The notes: generated by a model not told the origin, from the sequence alone. Shown: positions 29,834-39,181, counted from the stretch's first letter. The stretch: DNA of 55,377 nt from a bacterium (GCA_029547225.1 JAKPPS010000039.1:1-55377), one strand, 5' to 3'. Numbers and translations: made by a program.

Positions 29834-30226
29834 ATGGATGATCAAATTTTAAATACAATAAGTCGTAAGATAGAAACCGCAGAGGACTGGAAGATTTTTA
29901 TTGAGCAGTATGTAAGCCTAATTGAGAATGAGTTTGCAATTTGGGAGGCAAAGATTTCTGATTCAGCGAATATTCACGACTTAGCTGTTGCAATGCCAGC
30001 ATTGATAACATTGGTAAATACACTCGGATATTTTCGTGGCCAGGATGGAGTTTTCAGTAGTCTAAATATGGGTATTCGCCTTGAAATGAATAATCAGCTG
30101 TATGAATATGAAAATACTTTCAATAAAAGGCTTCAGAAATTGATTGATGTGATAATGCAATCGGAGGAGAAAAATATTTATATTCAGACTCTTCAGAACT
30201 ATTTCATAAATTCGAGAATAGGATAA
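29834..30226 (+). CDS. Hypothetical helical protein
   Basis: Clean ~130-aa ORF in an otherwise empty gap; no motif recognised. Confidence 0.6.
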   Translation: MDDQILNTISRKIETAEDWKIFIEQYVSLIENEFAIWEAKISDSANIHDLAVAMPALITLVNTLGYFRGQDGVFSSLNMGIRLEMNNQLYEYENTFNKRLQKLIDVIMQSEEKNIYIQTLQNYFINSRIG

Positions 30227-30426
30227 GGGCTTCTGCAAAGTATTTTAAGTATAATATCTAATTATAAATAGATTATTTGCTTTTTAAGTCTTTTGAATCT
30301 GTTGGATTCCAGGGATAACTGATGTCTTTACAAAATGTGCGATTAGAGTCGCCTCGAATGATAAGATAGATCTATAAAATTTAGTGAAAAGCGTTTTCTT
30401 AATTATTTGTTAATTTTCCTAGAATG

Positions 30427-30455
30427 TTGCGGTATATAGTAGACTCTGATAGAAT
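30427..30455 (+). promoter_or_regulatory. Sigma70-type promoter, probably leaderless transcript
   Basis: TTGCGG-17-TAGAAT with extended TG, 6 nt before ATG 30462. Confidence 0.6.
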
Positions 30456-30461
30456 TGCCAC

Positions 30462-31547
30462 ATGCAAACCGAAAATACTGTAAGTGCTGGCAAAAAGATC
30501 TCTGAGAAAATTGATAAAATAATATCAAAATCAAATCGTATCCTGGTATTGTCGCATTTTTCTCCAGATCCAGATTCTCTAGGTTCTGCGCTATTTTGTT
30601 TTGGCACAATAAGGGCAAAGTATCCAAATAAAGAGGTTCGTGTTTTTGTCGAAGGGACAATGGCAAAAGAGGCGCGTCGATTAAAGTATTCCGAAGAGAT
30701 AGGAAATGGTAATTTATACACTGAGTTGCAAGATTACAAACCTGATCTAATTATCTCATGCGATGGCCAAAATTGGGATAGGTTTTCAAGGATTGAGGGT
30801 GGTAAAGCACGCGATTTTGTTACTTTGAATTCAATATCTACGATAACCTTTGATCACCATTTTGATGGTTTTACAGATAAATATGATATTTATTATAATA
30901 CGAGCACTACTTCAACATGTGAACTTGTGTATGATGTATTCATAACAGATCTACAATACCCATTTTTTGATCGCTCTGATGAACTTATACTTTTGGGTAT
31001 TATCGGTGACACAAACCGTTTTAGATACAAAAACCCTAATCATCGCAAGACTTTCAAGATAGTATCGGATATTATTGATCGAGGTACAGACATCGAATAT
31101 GTTCAATTATTATCTGATTATGTGACAAGAGACCAACTAAAAGTCATTAGCCATCTGATAGAAAACTATTCATATGGGGAAGATTACAATTATAGCTTTA
31201 TTAGCGAAACTTTTTACAATGAAAATGTTAAAGATCAACTTACTGATGATGAATATTCTTCAGCTTGTCATCACTTTATGGATCATTTCTTGCGTATAGT
31301 TGAGCCAAATAAGTGGGGTTTTATACTTGCACCAAAATTATATCCTGATGGAAAGATAATATATAAAGGCTCTTTTAGATCAATGTCAGATATTATTGAT
31401 ACAACAGTATTTTCGAAGAAATTAAATGGTGGAGGTCACAAGTGTGCATCTGGTTTCGTTGTTGAAGCTTCCAAGCTAAAAATTGCTTTGGCAAAAGTAA
31501 TCTCAGTTATTGAGGAAAACAGAGATATTGCTTATAAAACAGCTTAA
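30462..31547 (+). CDS. nrnA: DHH/DHHA1 phosphoesterase (NrnA-like nanoRNase/pAp phosphatase)
   Basis: HFSPDPDSLGS, DHH, GIIGDTNRF, SFRS, GGGHKCASG. Confidence 0.85.
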   Translation: MQTENTVSAGKKISEKIDKIISKSNRILVLSHFSPDPDSLGSALFCFGTIRAKYPNKEVRVFVEGTMAKEARRLKYSEEIGNGNLYTELQDYKPDLIISCDGQNWDRFSRIEGGKARDFVTLNSISTITFDHHFDGFTDKYDIYYNTSTTSTCELVYDVFITDLQYPFFDRSDELILLGIIGDTNRFRYKNPNHRKTFKIVSDIIDRGTDIEYVQLLSDYVTRDQLKVISHLIENYSYGEDYNYSFISETFYNENVKDQLTDDEYSSACHHFMDHFLRIVEPNKWGFILAPKLYPDGKIIYKGSFRSMSDIIDTTVFSKKLNGGGHKCASGFVVEASKLKIALAKVISVIEENRDIAYKTA

Positions 31548-31673
31548 AATACGATCATCATTGCCAAATACTTTTAATGTGAGAAATTGAATATCATTCA
31601 TAATACTTAACAAGAAAATTAGTTTAAGTACTCAGAATTTTAATGTGAGAAGGGTGACAAATCAATCAGAGCA

Positions 31674-31724
31674 TGGGTAGTCATGGGTGGAGTTGATTGG
31701 AACGCGATGTGGTTGGTGGCATAC
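31674..31724 (+). repeat. Dispersed two-box repeat, copy 2
   Basis: TGGGTAGTCATGG-N24-GGTTGGTGGCATAC, matching 15103-15154 on the minus strand. Confidence 0.8.
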
Positions 31725-31759
31725 TATAAATCTCACAAAAATGTCTGGTGTGTATTAAT

Positions 31760-31786
31760 AAAAAAAAACTCCCCGGTTAAGGGGAG
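31760..31786 (-). terminator. Intrinsic terminator after rplL
   Basis: Minus strand CTCCCC-TTAACC-GGGGAG followed by a long T run. Confidence 0.88.
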
Positions 31787-31815
31787 CCTTTCTTTACAAT
31801 TGATTTTGAATCAAA

Positions 31816-32217
31816 TTACTTTAATTCAACTTTAGCACCAGCCTCTTCGAATTGCTTCTGAATTTCTGCTGCTGCATCTTTTGAAACACCCTCTTTAATC
31901 TTCTGAGGTGCTGATTCAACAAGATTCTTTGCCTCTACAAGACCCATCTCTGTAATTGCTCTTACGACCTTGATTACATCGATTTTTCTTGCACCTGCAT
32001 CTGTAAGAACTACATCAAATGATGTTTTCTCTTCTTCTGCGGCTGCTGCTGGAGCTGCTGCTGCAACTGCTACTGGAGCTGCTGCACTTACTCCAAATTT
32101 CTCTTCCATAACTTTAACGAGGTCTGCTAACTCTAGTACTGACATTTTTTCTACAATCTCTAGAACTTTTGTTGCATTCTCTGATAATGTTGGAAGTGCT
32201 TTTGTCTCTTCTGCCAT
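31816..32217 (-). CDS. rplL: 50S ribosomal protein bL12 (L7/L12)
   Basis: [39 protein letters not shown]. Confidence 0.97.
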   Translation of the reverse strand: MAEETKALPTLSENATKVLEIVEKMSVLELADLVKVMEEKFGVSAAAPVAVAAAAPAAAAEEEKTSFDVVLTDAGARKIDVIKVVRAITEMGLVEAKNLVESAPQKIKEGVSKDAAAEIQKQFEEAGAKVELK

Positions 32218-32256
32218 TTTTGTAAATATTATAAATTAAATACTATTATTTAAGGC

Positions 32257-32781
32257 TTAATTGCCTTTGCTCGATAACTCACCTAATACTCTTACAAAAC
32301 CTCTAACATTGCCAGTTACAGCATTCATAAATCCTGTAAGTGGAGCATTTAGAGAACCAAGTAATTTTGCTAATAATTCTGGCTTTGATGGGATTTCTGC
32401 CAATCCTGCTGTTGATTTCTCATCAAAATAGGCATTATCTACAACGCTGAATTTATAGCCTAATAGGTCTTCATTTTTTGTCTGAACTTCTTTTAACAAT
32501 TTTGCAACTACAGTTGGATCTTCTTTATAAGCGATAATCGCTGTTTGACCATCAAATTCTGATGCTTTGAGTGGCTGATTTTTATCCTGCAGTGCCAATT
32601 TGAATAATGTGTTTTTTACAACAACATATTTTGCATTTTGCTCTGCCAATTTCTTTTTGAAATCGGTGATTGTTACATTGTCGATCCTATCAGGATTGAT
32701 TGCAATAAAACCTGCACTTTCGGCAAGTATAGCTTTGTAACTATCAAGCAATTGCTCTTTATCTGTCTTTAGTTTTGGCAT
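32257..32781 (-). CDS. rplJ: 50S ribosomal protein uL10
   Basis: VVKNTLFKLA, LAEIPSKPELLAKLLGSLNAP; lies between rplA and rplL. Confidence 0.95.
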   Translation of the reverse strand: MPKLKTDKEQLLDSYKAILAESAGFIAINPDRIDNVTITDFKKKLAEQNAKYVVVKNTLFKLALQDKNQPLKASEFDGQTAIIAYKEDPTVVAKLLKEVQTKNEDLLGYKFSVVDNAYFDEKSTAGLAEIPSKPELLAKLLGSLNAPLTGFMNAVTGNVRGFVRVLGELSSKGN

Positions 32782-32888
32782 TTGCTTTAAACTTTAAGTT
32801 ATGTAAAAAAGACTCAATAGCATGAAATACGCTTACGATACAATTAAGTACCTTCCGTAATAAATTGTCTACTATTTGAATCAACTTA

Positions 32889-32978
32889 GTCTCACAGTGC
32901 TGACAAGCAATTAATAATTGATTTATAAGCTAGATTTCTCTAATTTGTCAGTAAACCAATTAACACTGTTTCTTCGAC
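32889..32978 (-). promoter_or_regulatory. Probable L10 leader (L10/L12 autoregulatory RNA)
   Basis: Minus strand GTC-GAAGA-AACAGTG...TTAA...CACTGT-GA-GAC resembles the kink-turn stem of L10 leaders; lies between a strong promoter and rplJ. Confidence 0.6.
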
Positions 32979-32985
32979 TGTGGGT

Positions 32986-33014
32986 ATTATATACTAAGCT
33001 TGCGATTATTTCAA
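32986..33014 (-). promoter_or_regulatory. Sigma70 promoter for rplJL
   Basis: TTGAAA-17 nt-TATAAT on the minus strand. Confidence 0.8.
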
Positions 33015-33080
33015 GTGTCACCGTAAAGACATTTATTGATAGGGGAATGGAGAAATTACAGAATCGAAAGTCCAGGGATT

Positions 33081-33111
33081 AAAAAAAAACAGCCGATTTC
33101 TCGACTGTTTT
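33081..33111 (-). terminator. Intrinsic terminator after rplA
   Basis: Minus strand ACAGTCGA-GAAA-TCGGCTGT followed by a T run. Confidence 0.85.
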
Positions 33112-33149
33112 CTATCTTCGATAAAAGTTATCTAAACAATTAATCTCAA

Positions 33150-33827
33150 TTATTCAACAATAATCTTATTTGCAAGACCCATTGAAACAGAGATATGAGC
33201 TGTTTTGATAGCTTGATTTGCTGGTTTAGCGACAATTTCTGCAGTTTTTGCAATACAAGCATTTACATTATCAATGATTTTTTGATCTTCCATGTCGGCT
33301 TTTCCTACTACAAAGTGCATAACGCCACTTTCATCACATGCAAATGTCATTTTACCTTTCTTATATTCACTTATCGTACCTGTTAAATCTGTTGCAACTG
33401 TACCGTTCCTTGGGTTTGGCATAAGTCCTTTTGGACCGAGCTCTTTACCGAGGATAGCTATTTTAGGCATGACATCAGGTGTTGCGACAAGGATATCAAA
33501 ATCTATTTTGCCAGCTTTTACATCTTTGATTATTTCATCAAGGCCTACAAGATCTGCTCCTGCTTTCTTTGCTTCATCGAATTTCTCAGGAGTTGTTATA
33601 ACTGCAATCTTTATCGATTTAGCGATAGGATAGGGTAGAGCAATAGATCCTTTGATTGATTTTGCATCTTTCTCTTTTGGGACATTTATTGCAACATGTA
33701 ATTCCATTGTGCCAACAAATTTTGAGTATGAAGATTTTTTAACTTCTTTTACTGCTTGTTCGATTGGCATCGCTGTTGTAGTATGTTTCTTTACTATTTC
33801 TTGATATTTTTTTCCGTGTTTTGCCAT
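33150..33827 (-). CDS. rplA: 50S ribosomal protein uL1
   Basis: MAKHGKKY, IDFDILVATPDVM, LGPKGLMPNPRNGTV. Confidence 0.97.
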   Translation of the reverse strand: MAKHGKKYQEIVKKHTTTAMPIEQAVKEVKKSSYSKFVGTMELHVAINVPKEKDAKSIKGSIALPYPIAKSIKIAVITTPEKFDEAKKAGADLVGLDEIIKDVKAGKIDFDILVATPDVMPKIAILGKELGPKGLMPNPRNGTVATDLTGTISEYKKGKMTFACDESGVMHFVVGKADMEDQKIIDNVNACIAKTAEIVAKPANQAIKTAHISVSMGLANKIIVE

Positions 33828-33849
33828 TGTTTTCAATTCTAAAATTAGG

Positions 33850-34275
33850 TTATTCTATTACTTCAATACCCATCTGTTTGGCTGTACCTGCAATGATTTT
33901 TGTTGCTTGTGCCATATCAGTAGTATTTAGGTCAACCATTTTGACTTCTGCAATCTTTTTTAGTTGATCCTGAGTTATTTTACCAACTTTCTTTAAGTTT
34001 GGTGTCTCTGAACCCTTAGAGATTTTGAGCTCTCGTCTTATAAGTTCTGATGTTGGGGGTGTTTTTAAGATAAAACTAAAAGTTCTATCTTTGTAGATTG
34101 TGAGTATTACTGGTGTAAGGATTCCACCCATCTCTTTTGTTTTTTCATTGAACTGATTACAAAAATCTTGTCCATTGATACCATAAGGAGATAGTGTAGG
34201 ACCAATTGGAGGTCCCATTCTTGCAGCTCCTGCTGGGATAACCATCTTTATTACTTTTGTTATCTCTTTTGCCAT
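33850..34275 (-). CDS. rplK: 50S ribosomal protein uL11
   Basis: GPPIGPTL, FCNQFN, FILKTPP, IIAGTAKQMG. Confidence 0.97.
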   Translation of the reverse strand: MAKEITKVIKMVIPAGAARMGPPIGPTLSPYGINGQDFCNQFNEKTKEMGGILTPVILTIYKDRTFSFILKTPPTSELIRRELKISKGSETPNLKKVGKITQDQLKKIAEVKMVDLNTTDMAQATKIIAGTAKQMGIEVIE

Positions 34276-34310
34276 ATTTTTAATTTCATAATTTAAGTTT
34301 AATTAGTATT

Positions 34311-34988
34311 CTACAGTCTTACTATCTGAGTGAAGTCCAATTCAACAGGTGCTTCTCGTCCCAAGAATGAGATAAGAACCTCTGCTTTACCTTTGGTTGC
34401 ATCAATCTTTTGTACACTGCCGATAAAATCAGCAAATGGACCTTCGGTGATTTTCACAGCATCACCTACATTGAATGAAGCTTGGTAAGCTGGTTGCTCT
34501 ATTTCCATGTACTTCATTATGGCTTTTACTTCGTTTTCAGGTAGAGGCCTCGGATATTTATCCGTTCTGACAAAACCAGTAACGCCATCTGTATTAACTA
34601 TCAATTCCCATGTTTTCTCATTAAGGACCATGTTGATAAGTAAGTATCCTGGGAAAATTCTGTCTTCTTTTACAACTTGTTGTCCGTTTTTGATAACAAT
34701 TTTCTTTTGTGTTGGCACTATAATCTCTCCGATGAAATCGTCAAGACCAGTTGCTTCAATTCTTTGTTTCATAGCTTTTGAAGCGCTTACTTCATGTCCA
34801 GTCTGTGTATTTACAACATACCATTTCTTATCTTGGCTATATTTCTTTAGGTTTTCAACATTATTCTCACCTTCAGTAGCTTCTTTAATATTTTTAGCTT
34901 CATCTTTGCGTGATATTTTTTTTGTTTTACCAAGTACCTGATCTGCTGATACTCTAACTTTTCGTGTTTTTCTTTTTGTCACTGCCAT
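34311..34988 (-). CDS. nusG: Transcription termination/antitermination factor NusG
   Basis: WYVVNT..GHE, IFPGYLL, VTGFV, KOW motif GDAVKITEGPFADF; basic N-terminal extension. Confidence 0.96.
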   Translation of the reverse strand: MAVTKRKTRKVRVSADQVLGKTKKISRKDEAKNIKEATEGENNVENLKKYSQDKKWYVVNTQTGHEVSASKAMKQRIEATGLDDFIGEIIVPTQKKIVIKNGQQVVKEDRIFPGYLLINMVLNEKTWELIVNTDGVTGFVRTDKYPRPLPENEVKAIMKYMEIEQPAYQASFNVGDAVKITEGPFADFIGSVQKIDATKGKAEVLISFLGREAPVELDFTQIVRL

Positions 34989-35022
34989 TTCTTTTGTATA
35001 AAAAAATTAATTGTAAAAAATC

Positions 35023-35337
35023 CTAGAATTGTGTCACTATCAATCTAAACACTGTATCTAAAAGTGTAATAAATAATGTCAGAAGAACACAAATAGTAAA
35101 TGTATAAACTGTTAATGATACTAACTGTTTCACTGAAGGGAAAACTACACCGTCAAGTAATAGAACGCGGGCTAAATCCGTGATAATACCTAATAATAAG
35201 CCACCGCCGACACCGATAATAAGTGCGTAAGTTAATCCAAGTGCCAAATAGCTGATGATACCTGCTACAAGACCAAAGATGATCCATGCGACTAATACTA
35301 CAATAAAATCAATTTTTTCAAGTTTTATTTTTTTCAT
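35023..35337 (-). CDS. secE: Preprotein translocase subunit SecE (divergent, 3 TM)
   Basis: Position between tRNA-Trp and nusG; VVFPS followed by a TM helix ending LLD. Confidence 0.75.
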   Translation of the reverse strand: MKKIKLEKIDFIVVLVAWIIFGLVAGIISYLALGLTYALIIGVGGGLLLGIITDLARVLLLDGVVFPSVKQLVSLTVYTFTICVLLTLFITLLDTVFRLIVTQF

Positions 35338-35401
35338 AACTTTAATGTTTAAACTAGAACAATTTTATCGAGATAAAAATTATCAATCGATAAAAGAAAA
35401 A

Positions 35402-35473
35402 CAGGCCCACCACGGCTCGAACGTGGAACTACGGTTTTGGAGACCGCTGTTTTACCATTGAAACTATGGGCCC
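35402..35473 (-). tRNA. tRNA-Trp(CCA)
   Basis: GGGCCCA acceptor, anticodon arm GCGGT-CTCCAAA-ACCGT, T-loop GTTCGAGC. Confidence 0.95.
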
Positions 35474-35569
35474 GCAAACTGTATTTTAAGTAATCTGTTA
35501 CGCTAGTTGTTAAGGTAAAATATAGCGAGTCACAATCCCACTAATTATAAAGAGCTAATGAACCAATAT

Positions 35570-35737
35570 CTATTTAATTTTTCCTTCTTTATGCTCGGTA
35601 TGTTTGTTACATTTTGGACAAAACTTATTAATTGTCATTTTGTCTTTCATGTTACTACTTTTCAACTGAGTGTAATTTCTGTTTTTGCAGTCAACGCACT
35701 CTAAACCGATATAATTTTTCTTGTTTTTCTTTGCCAT
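35570..35737 (-). CDS. rpmG: 50S ribosomal protein bL33 (Zn-ribbon type); not in the ORF track
   Basis: Manual translation MAKKNKKNYIGLECVDCKNRNYTQLKSSNMKDKMTINKFCPKCNKHTEHKEGKIK*. Confidence 0.96.
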   Translation of the reverse strand: MAKKNKKNYIGLECVDCKNRNYTQLKSSNMKDKMTINKFCPKCNKHTEHKEGKIK

Positions 35738-35885
35738 GTTGAAATAAATAATAGCTAAATTACTTTACGAATAAATACAAGTGATTATATGAGAAATTTC
35801 GCTCGGGGTCAATTGGGTTATTATCTCATATTCTGGATTAATTTACAACAGCTTACATAAACAGAATATTTACTTATTAAAACCC

Positions 35886-37271
35886 TTATTCTGATACGGT
35901 ATTTTTTAAAGTGTTGATAATCCCACGTCCAGCCATTATGCCAGTAGCAGCTGCACCGGTTATCGTGCCTGATAATCCTGAAGCATCACCGGCCACAAAA
36001 AGATTTTTAAGCTGGGTCTCAAGGTTGTTATCTGTTTCGATAATCGAAGATCTAAATTTTACTTCAGGAGCATAAAGCAGGGTAGAGGCTCCGTTAATTC
36101 CGGGCATAACTTTATCAAGGATTTCTAGCCCTTCAAGGATATTTACGATTATTCTGTGTGGAAGTGCCATTGAGATATCACCAGGTGTTACTTCTGTATG
36201 CGAAGGTTTGAAAATTGTTTTATCAATACGACTCCATGTACTCCTCCGACCTTTTTTTAGGTCAATTAGCCTTTGTAAAATTGGTTTATTACCCCCAATA
36301 GTTGATGCTAATCGGGCAATTGATTCTGCATAAGCGACAGTATTTTCCACGGGTTCTGTAAGATTTACCTCACAGAGAAAAGCAAAATTAGATGTTTGTG
36401 AGTCATGAGAGGAGTTGGAATGCCCATTTACACATACAAAACCTGGATATTTTTCTGTTGCCACAACTCCGTTTGGACAAGAGCAAAAAGTCCTAACTAT
36501 ATCGTCAAAGGTTGGAGTCCTAATTTTAAAAACGACTTCGTATAATGCCTCGGAATACTTTTTCATGATTATTGCAGGAAATTCAACTCTGACACCAACT
36601 TCTACAGTATCATAAACATAATTTATTTCATATTTTAAACTTATAGTTTGTAGCCAACGTGTTCCAATGCGACCGGGTGCCACAAGAACTTTCTTTGCTT
36701 TGATAATTGAGCCATCTTCTCGTATGACTCCAGTGCAAATTTTTTTATTATCTTTATAATTTTCAACTAATAAATCGCTGATTTTACAATTCTCGATTAA
36801 GCTGATACCTAGCGATTTTAACTCATTCTGAAAATCTTGAATAAACGTGTGAAGCCGATCTGTGCCAACATGACGAGCTTTCCGAACTATTAAATCAATA
36901 TCTTTACGGTGAGCTTCGTTTACTAATTTTTGTGCGAGTTTTGGATCTTCGGGGTATGAAATACCATCTATATCAGAATCAAGAAATTTCTTTTCGATAG
37001 AATCTAATATTTTTGTATATTCTTCAGCCGAGATATAACGAAAAGCTTTTTCATGTGATAGCTTAGGAGTAAAGTGCAATTTGCCATCTGAAAAAGTACC
37101 AGCACCACCGAAACCTTGCATTACTTCTTTAGGATTTCTGTTTTCAACTAAATGCCCCATGTCTAGTAGAGCTATTCTACTGTTAGGAGATTTCGATGCT
37201 ATTTCATAAGCTGCAAACATACCTGCAGGACCAGCACCGACAATAACAATATCGAAAGAATTTTTCTTCAT
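35886..37271 (-). CDS. Uncharacterised FAD-dependent oxidoreductase (COG2509-like)
   Basis: GAGPAG, GFGGAGTFSDGKL, RHVGTD, VRTFCSCPNG, LYAPEVKF, LFVAGDASG. Confidence 0.85.
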   Translation of the reverse strand: MKKNSFDIVIVGAGPAGMFAAYEIASKSPNSRIALLDMGHLVENRNPKEVMQGFGGAGTFSDGKLHFTPKLSHEKAFRYISAEEYTKILDSIEKKFLDSDIDGISYPEDPKLAQKLVNEAHRKDIDLIVRKARHVGTDRLHTFIQDFQNELKSLGISLIENCKISDLLVENYKDNKKICTGVIREDGSIIKAKKVLVAPGRIGTRWLQTISLKYEINYVYDTVEVGVRVEFPAIIMKKYSEALYEVVFKIRTPTFDDIVRTFCSCPNGVVATEKYPGFVCVNGHSNSSHDSQTSNFAFLCEVNLTEPVENTVAYAESIARLASTIGGNKPILQRLIDLKKGRRSTWSRIDKTIFKPSHTEVTPGDISMALPHRIIVNILEGLEILDKVMPGINGASTLLYAPEVKFRSSIIETDNNLETQLKNLFVAGDASGLSGTITGAAATGIMAGRGIINTLKNTVSE

Positions 37272-37393
37272 AATTGAGAATTTGAGAGGTTAACAAATAA
37301 TTATACTAGGATAATTCGCTTTGTCAAAAACATTGTTATGACTTTATTACTCTCGGGTCTTTATTTGATGAAAAATTGGAAAAGGGGATACAG

Positions 37394-37467
37394 AGCTGGA
37401 TCCGGGAATCGAACCCGGGACCTCATTCTTACCAAGAATGTGCTCTAGCCTTCTGAGCTAATCCAGC
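37394..37467 (-). tRNA. tRNA-Thr(GGT)
   Basis: Anticodon arm CATTC-TTGGTAA-GAATG; T-loop GGTTCGATTCC. Confidence 0.95.
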
Positions 37468-37580
37468 GAACTATATAAGAAAATTTGAAAAAACTCTATG
37501 CTGATATCGCTAATTTTATTATTGTCTTTTTAATAAATCTCAAGAAAAGCTTTTTCAAGTCTTTTTATTGTGCAAAAAAA

Positions 37581-37664
37581 TGCAGGGGACAGGATTTGGA
37601 CCTGTGTAGTCACAAGGACGCCAGATTTACAGTCTGGTGCATTTGACCGCTCTGCCACCCCTGC
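37581..37664 (-). tRNA. tRNA-Tyr(GTA)
   Basis: Anticodon arm CCAGA-CTGTAAA-TCTGG, long variable arm; T-loop reads GGTCCAAATCC. Confidence 0.92.
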
Positions 37665-37668
37665 ATAG

Positions 37669-37745
37669 TGGAGCCGAAGGAGAGATTCGAACTCTCGACC
37701 TGCTGTTTACAAAACAGCTGCTCTAACCAACTGAGCTACTTCGGC
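37669..37745 (-). tRNA. tRNA-Thr(TGT)
   Basis: Anticodon arm GCTGT-TTTGTAA-ACAGC; encoded CCA end. Confidence 0.96.
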
Positions 37746-38046
37746 AAATAATAATTAATTTTAAAGAACATCGACTCTCTTGATAGATGTTTTTTGCCTG
37801 AGATCTATCTGCGTCAGTGATTATACAACATCGACCGAGAAAATGGAAATGCTTGATAATTTGCTACCGTGATTTTATATTGTCGTATTTTTTAAGTCAA
37901 GATTGTACAAGAAATACTGGACATAGATTGTGTTATTTGTTCAATGAAATGTGAAAAGAAGGTCTTAATGATATATGCTCTAAAATATTCGGAATAGGGC
38001 TTGTGGAAATATTGATTTTTAGCTAACTAAAGTGGAAAAAGTGAGT

Positions 38047-38189
38047 GGCTCTGACAGCAAGGAGAAGCCTTGCACGTCCCAATAAAGAGACTGTGACCCC
38101 GCAACTCAATCCCACGGGATTGAGCGATTTTGGGATCTAACACTGTGCGTTACGGACGAAGGTGTTCCTCCTATTCGTCTGCCAGAGCC
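38047..38189 (-). ncRNA. Candidate 6S-like rod-shaped RNA (strand uncertain)
   Basis: GC-rich island folding end to end: GGCTCTGGCAG/CTGTCAGAGCC, AGGAG/CTCCT, CCTT/AAGG, CGTCC/GGACG, central bubble, GATCCC/GGGGTC, CTCAATCCC/GGGATTGAG. Confidence 0.6.
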
Positions 38190-38545
38190 TAATACATTCT
38201 TATATGATTTACGATTTTATACAAGGTGATAAATCTTACTCAAAATAACACAATCTCATATAATATTAAGCATAAAATATGTGATGAATTTCATTTGTTA
38301 TAGAAGCAAAAAGTGTAGCGGCTTATGATGATCACCTGTATTTACATCCCCTGGAAAATTACTATAGCTTGCTTTGCATGCTCAAAGAATCTGTAAAGTT
38401 AGAATAAAGTTTTAAAAAACGACTTATTTCTAATGCCACTTAACTTCGGCCTAATAATTATTATTTTCTCCTAAACCATCTTGATACTGACTTCGAAAGT
38501 AAGAAAACTAATTGATAAAAGTGTAGCTGAGGAAAATCACAATTC

Positions 38546-39181
38546 TTATGAAATACCTAAAATACTTAGTAATCCTGAAAGGACAGTAGTTATGAAAGCT
38601 GAAAAGATAAAACTCAGTGGGGAAAAAGGTAAGAAAATAAGTAACCAGATAAATGGTACGTATCTCTCAGTTTGTTCCCAAAAGGTGCGTATTTTGTCAG
38701 GTAATATTACCCGCATTATTCTGTGTCCATCAAGTGGGGGTAAAGGTATAAGATTGAAAACCATCAAAGAAAGATTTATCAGTACAAAATAGTATATTAA
38801 TGTTTGAACAAGTATTAGATCCCCAGGAATTATGTGGTATAAACCTGCGAAAACTAAAGCTAGAAAAAGGTTAGATATTGGTCCAGCTAAAGCGACTAAA
38901 GCTGTGTCTCTTACAGGTTTTACAAAATTAGCTTCATTTATTGGTACTGGTTTGCTCCAGCCAATACGCGCAACGACCATTGCAATTAATCCTATTGGGT
39001 CAATATGTTTTAGTGGATTAAGAGTTAGTCTGCCAACAGATTTTGCTGTATAATCGCCAAGTTTCGTTGCTACTAATGCGTGGGCGTATTCATGGACAGT
39101 TGAGCTTAGTAGGACAACTACAATTATTATTGCGACATTTATGATTGATATAATAGATATTTCCATTGTTTGATCGAGCAT
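38546..39181 (-). CDS. Site-2 protease family (M50) membrane metalloprotease
   Basis: HEYAH, GRLTLNPLKHIDP, ALAGPISN, FNLIPLPPLDG. Confidence 0.92.
   Translation of the reverse strand: MLDQTMEISIISIINVAIIIVVVLLSSTVHEYAHALVATKLGDYTAKSVGRLTLNPLKHIDPIGLIAMVVARIGWSKPVPINEANFVKPVRDTALVALAGPISNLFLALVFAGLYHIIPGDLILVQTLIYYFVLINLSLMVFNLIPLPPLDGHRIMRVILPDKIRTFWEQTERYVPFIWLLIFLPFSPLSFIFSAFITTVLSGLLSILGIS

Noticed and set aside
38047-38189. 5S rRNA, SRP RNA or tRNA
   Set aside because: Lacks the CCGAAC 5S motif, the SRP domain IV GGAA/AGCAG motif and a cloverleaf.
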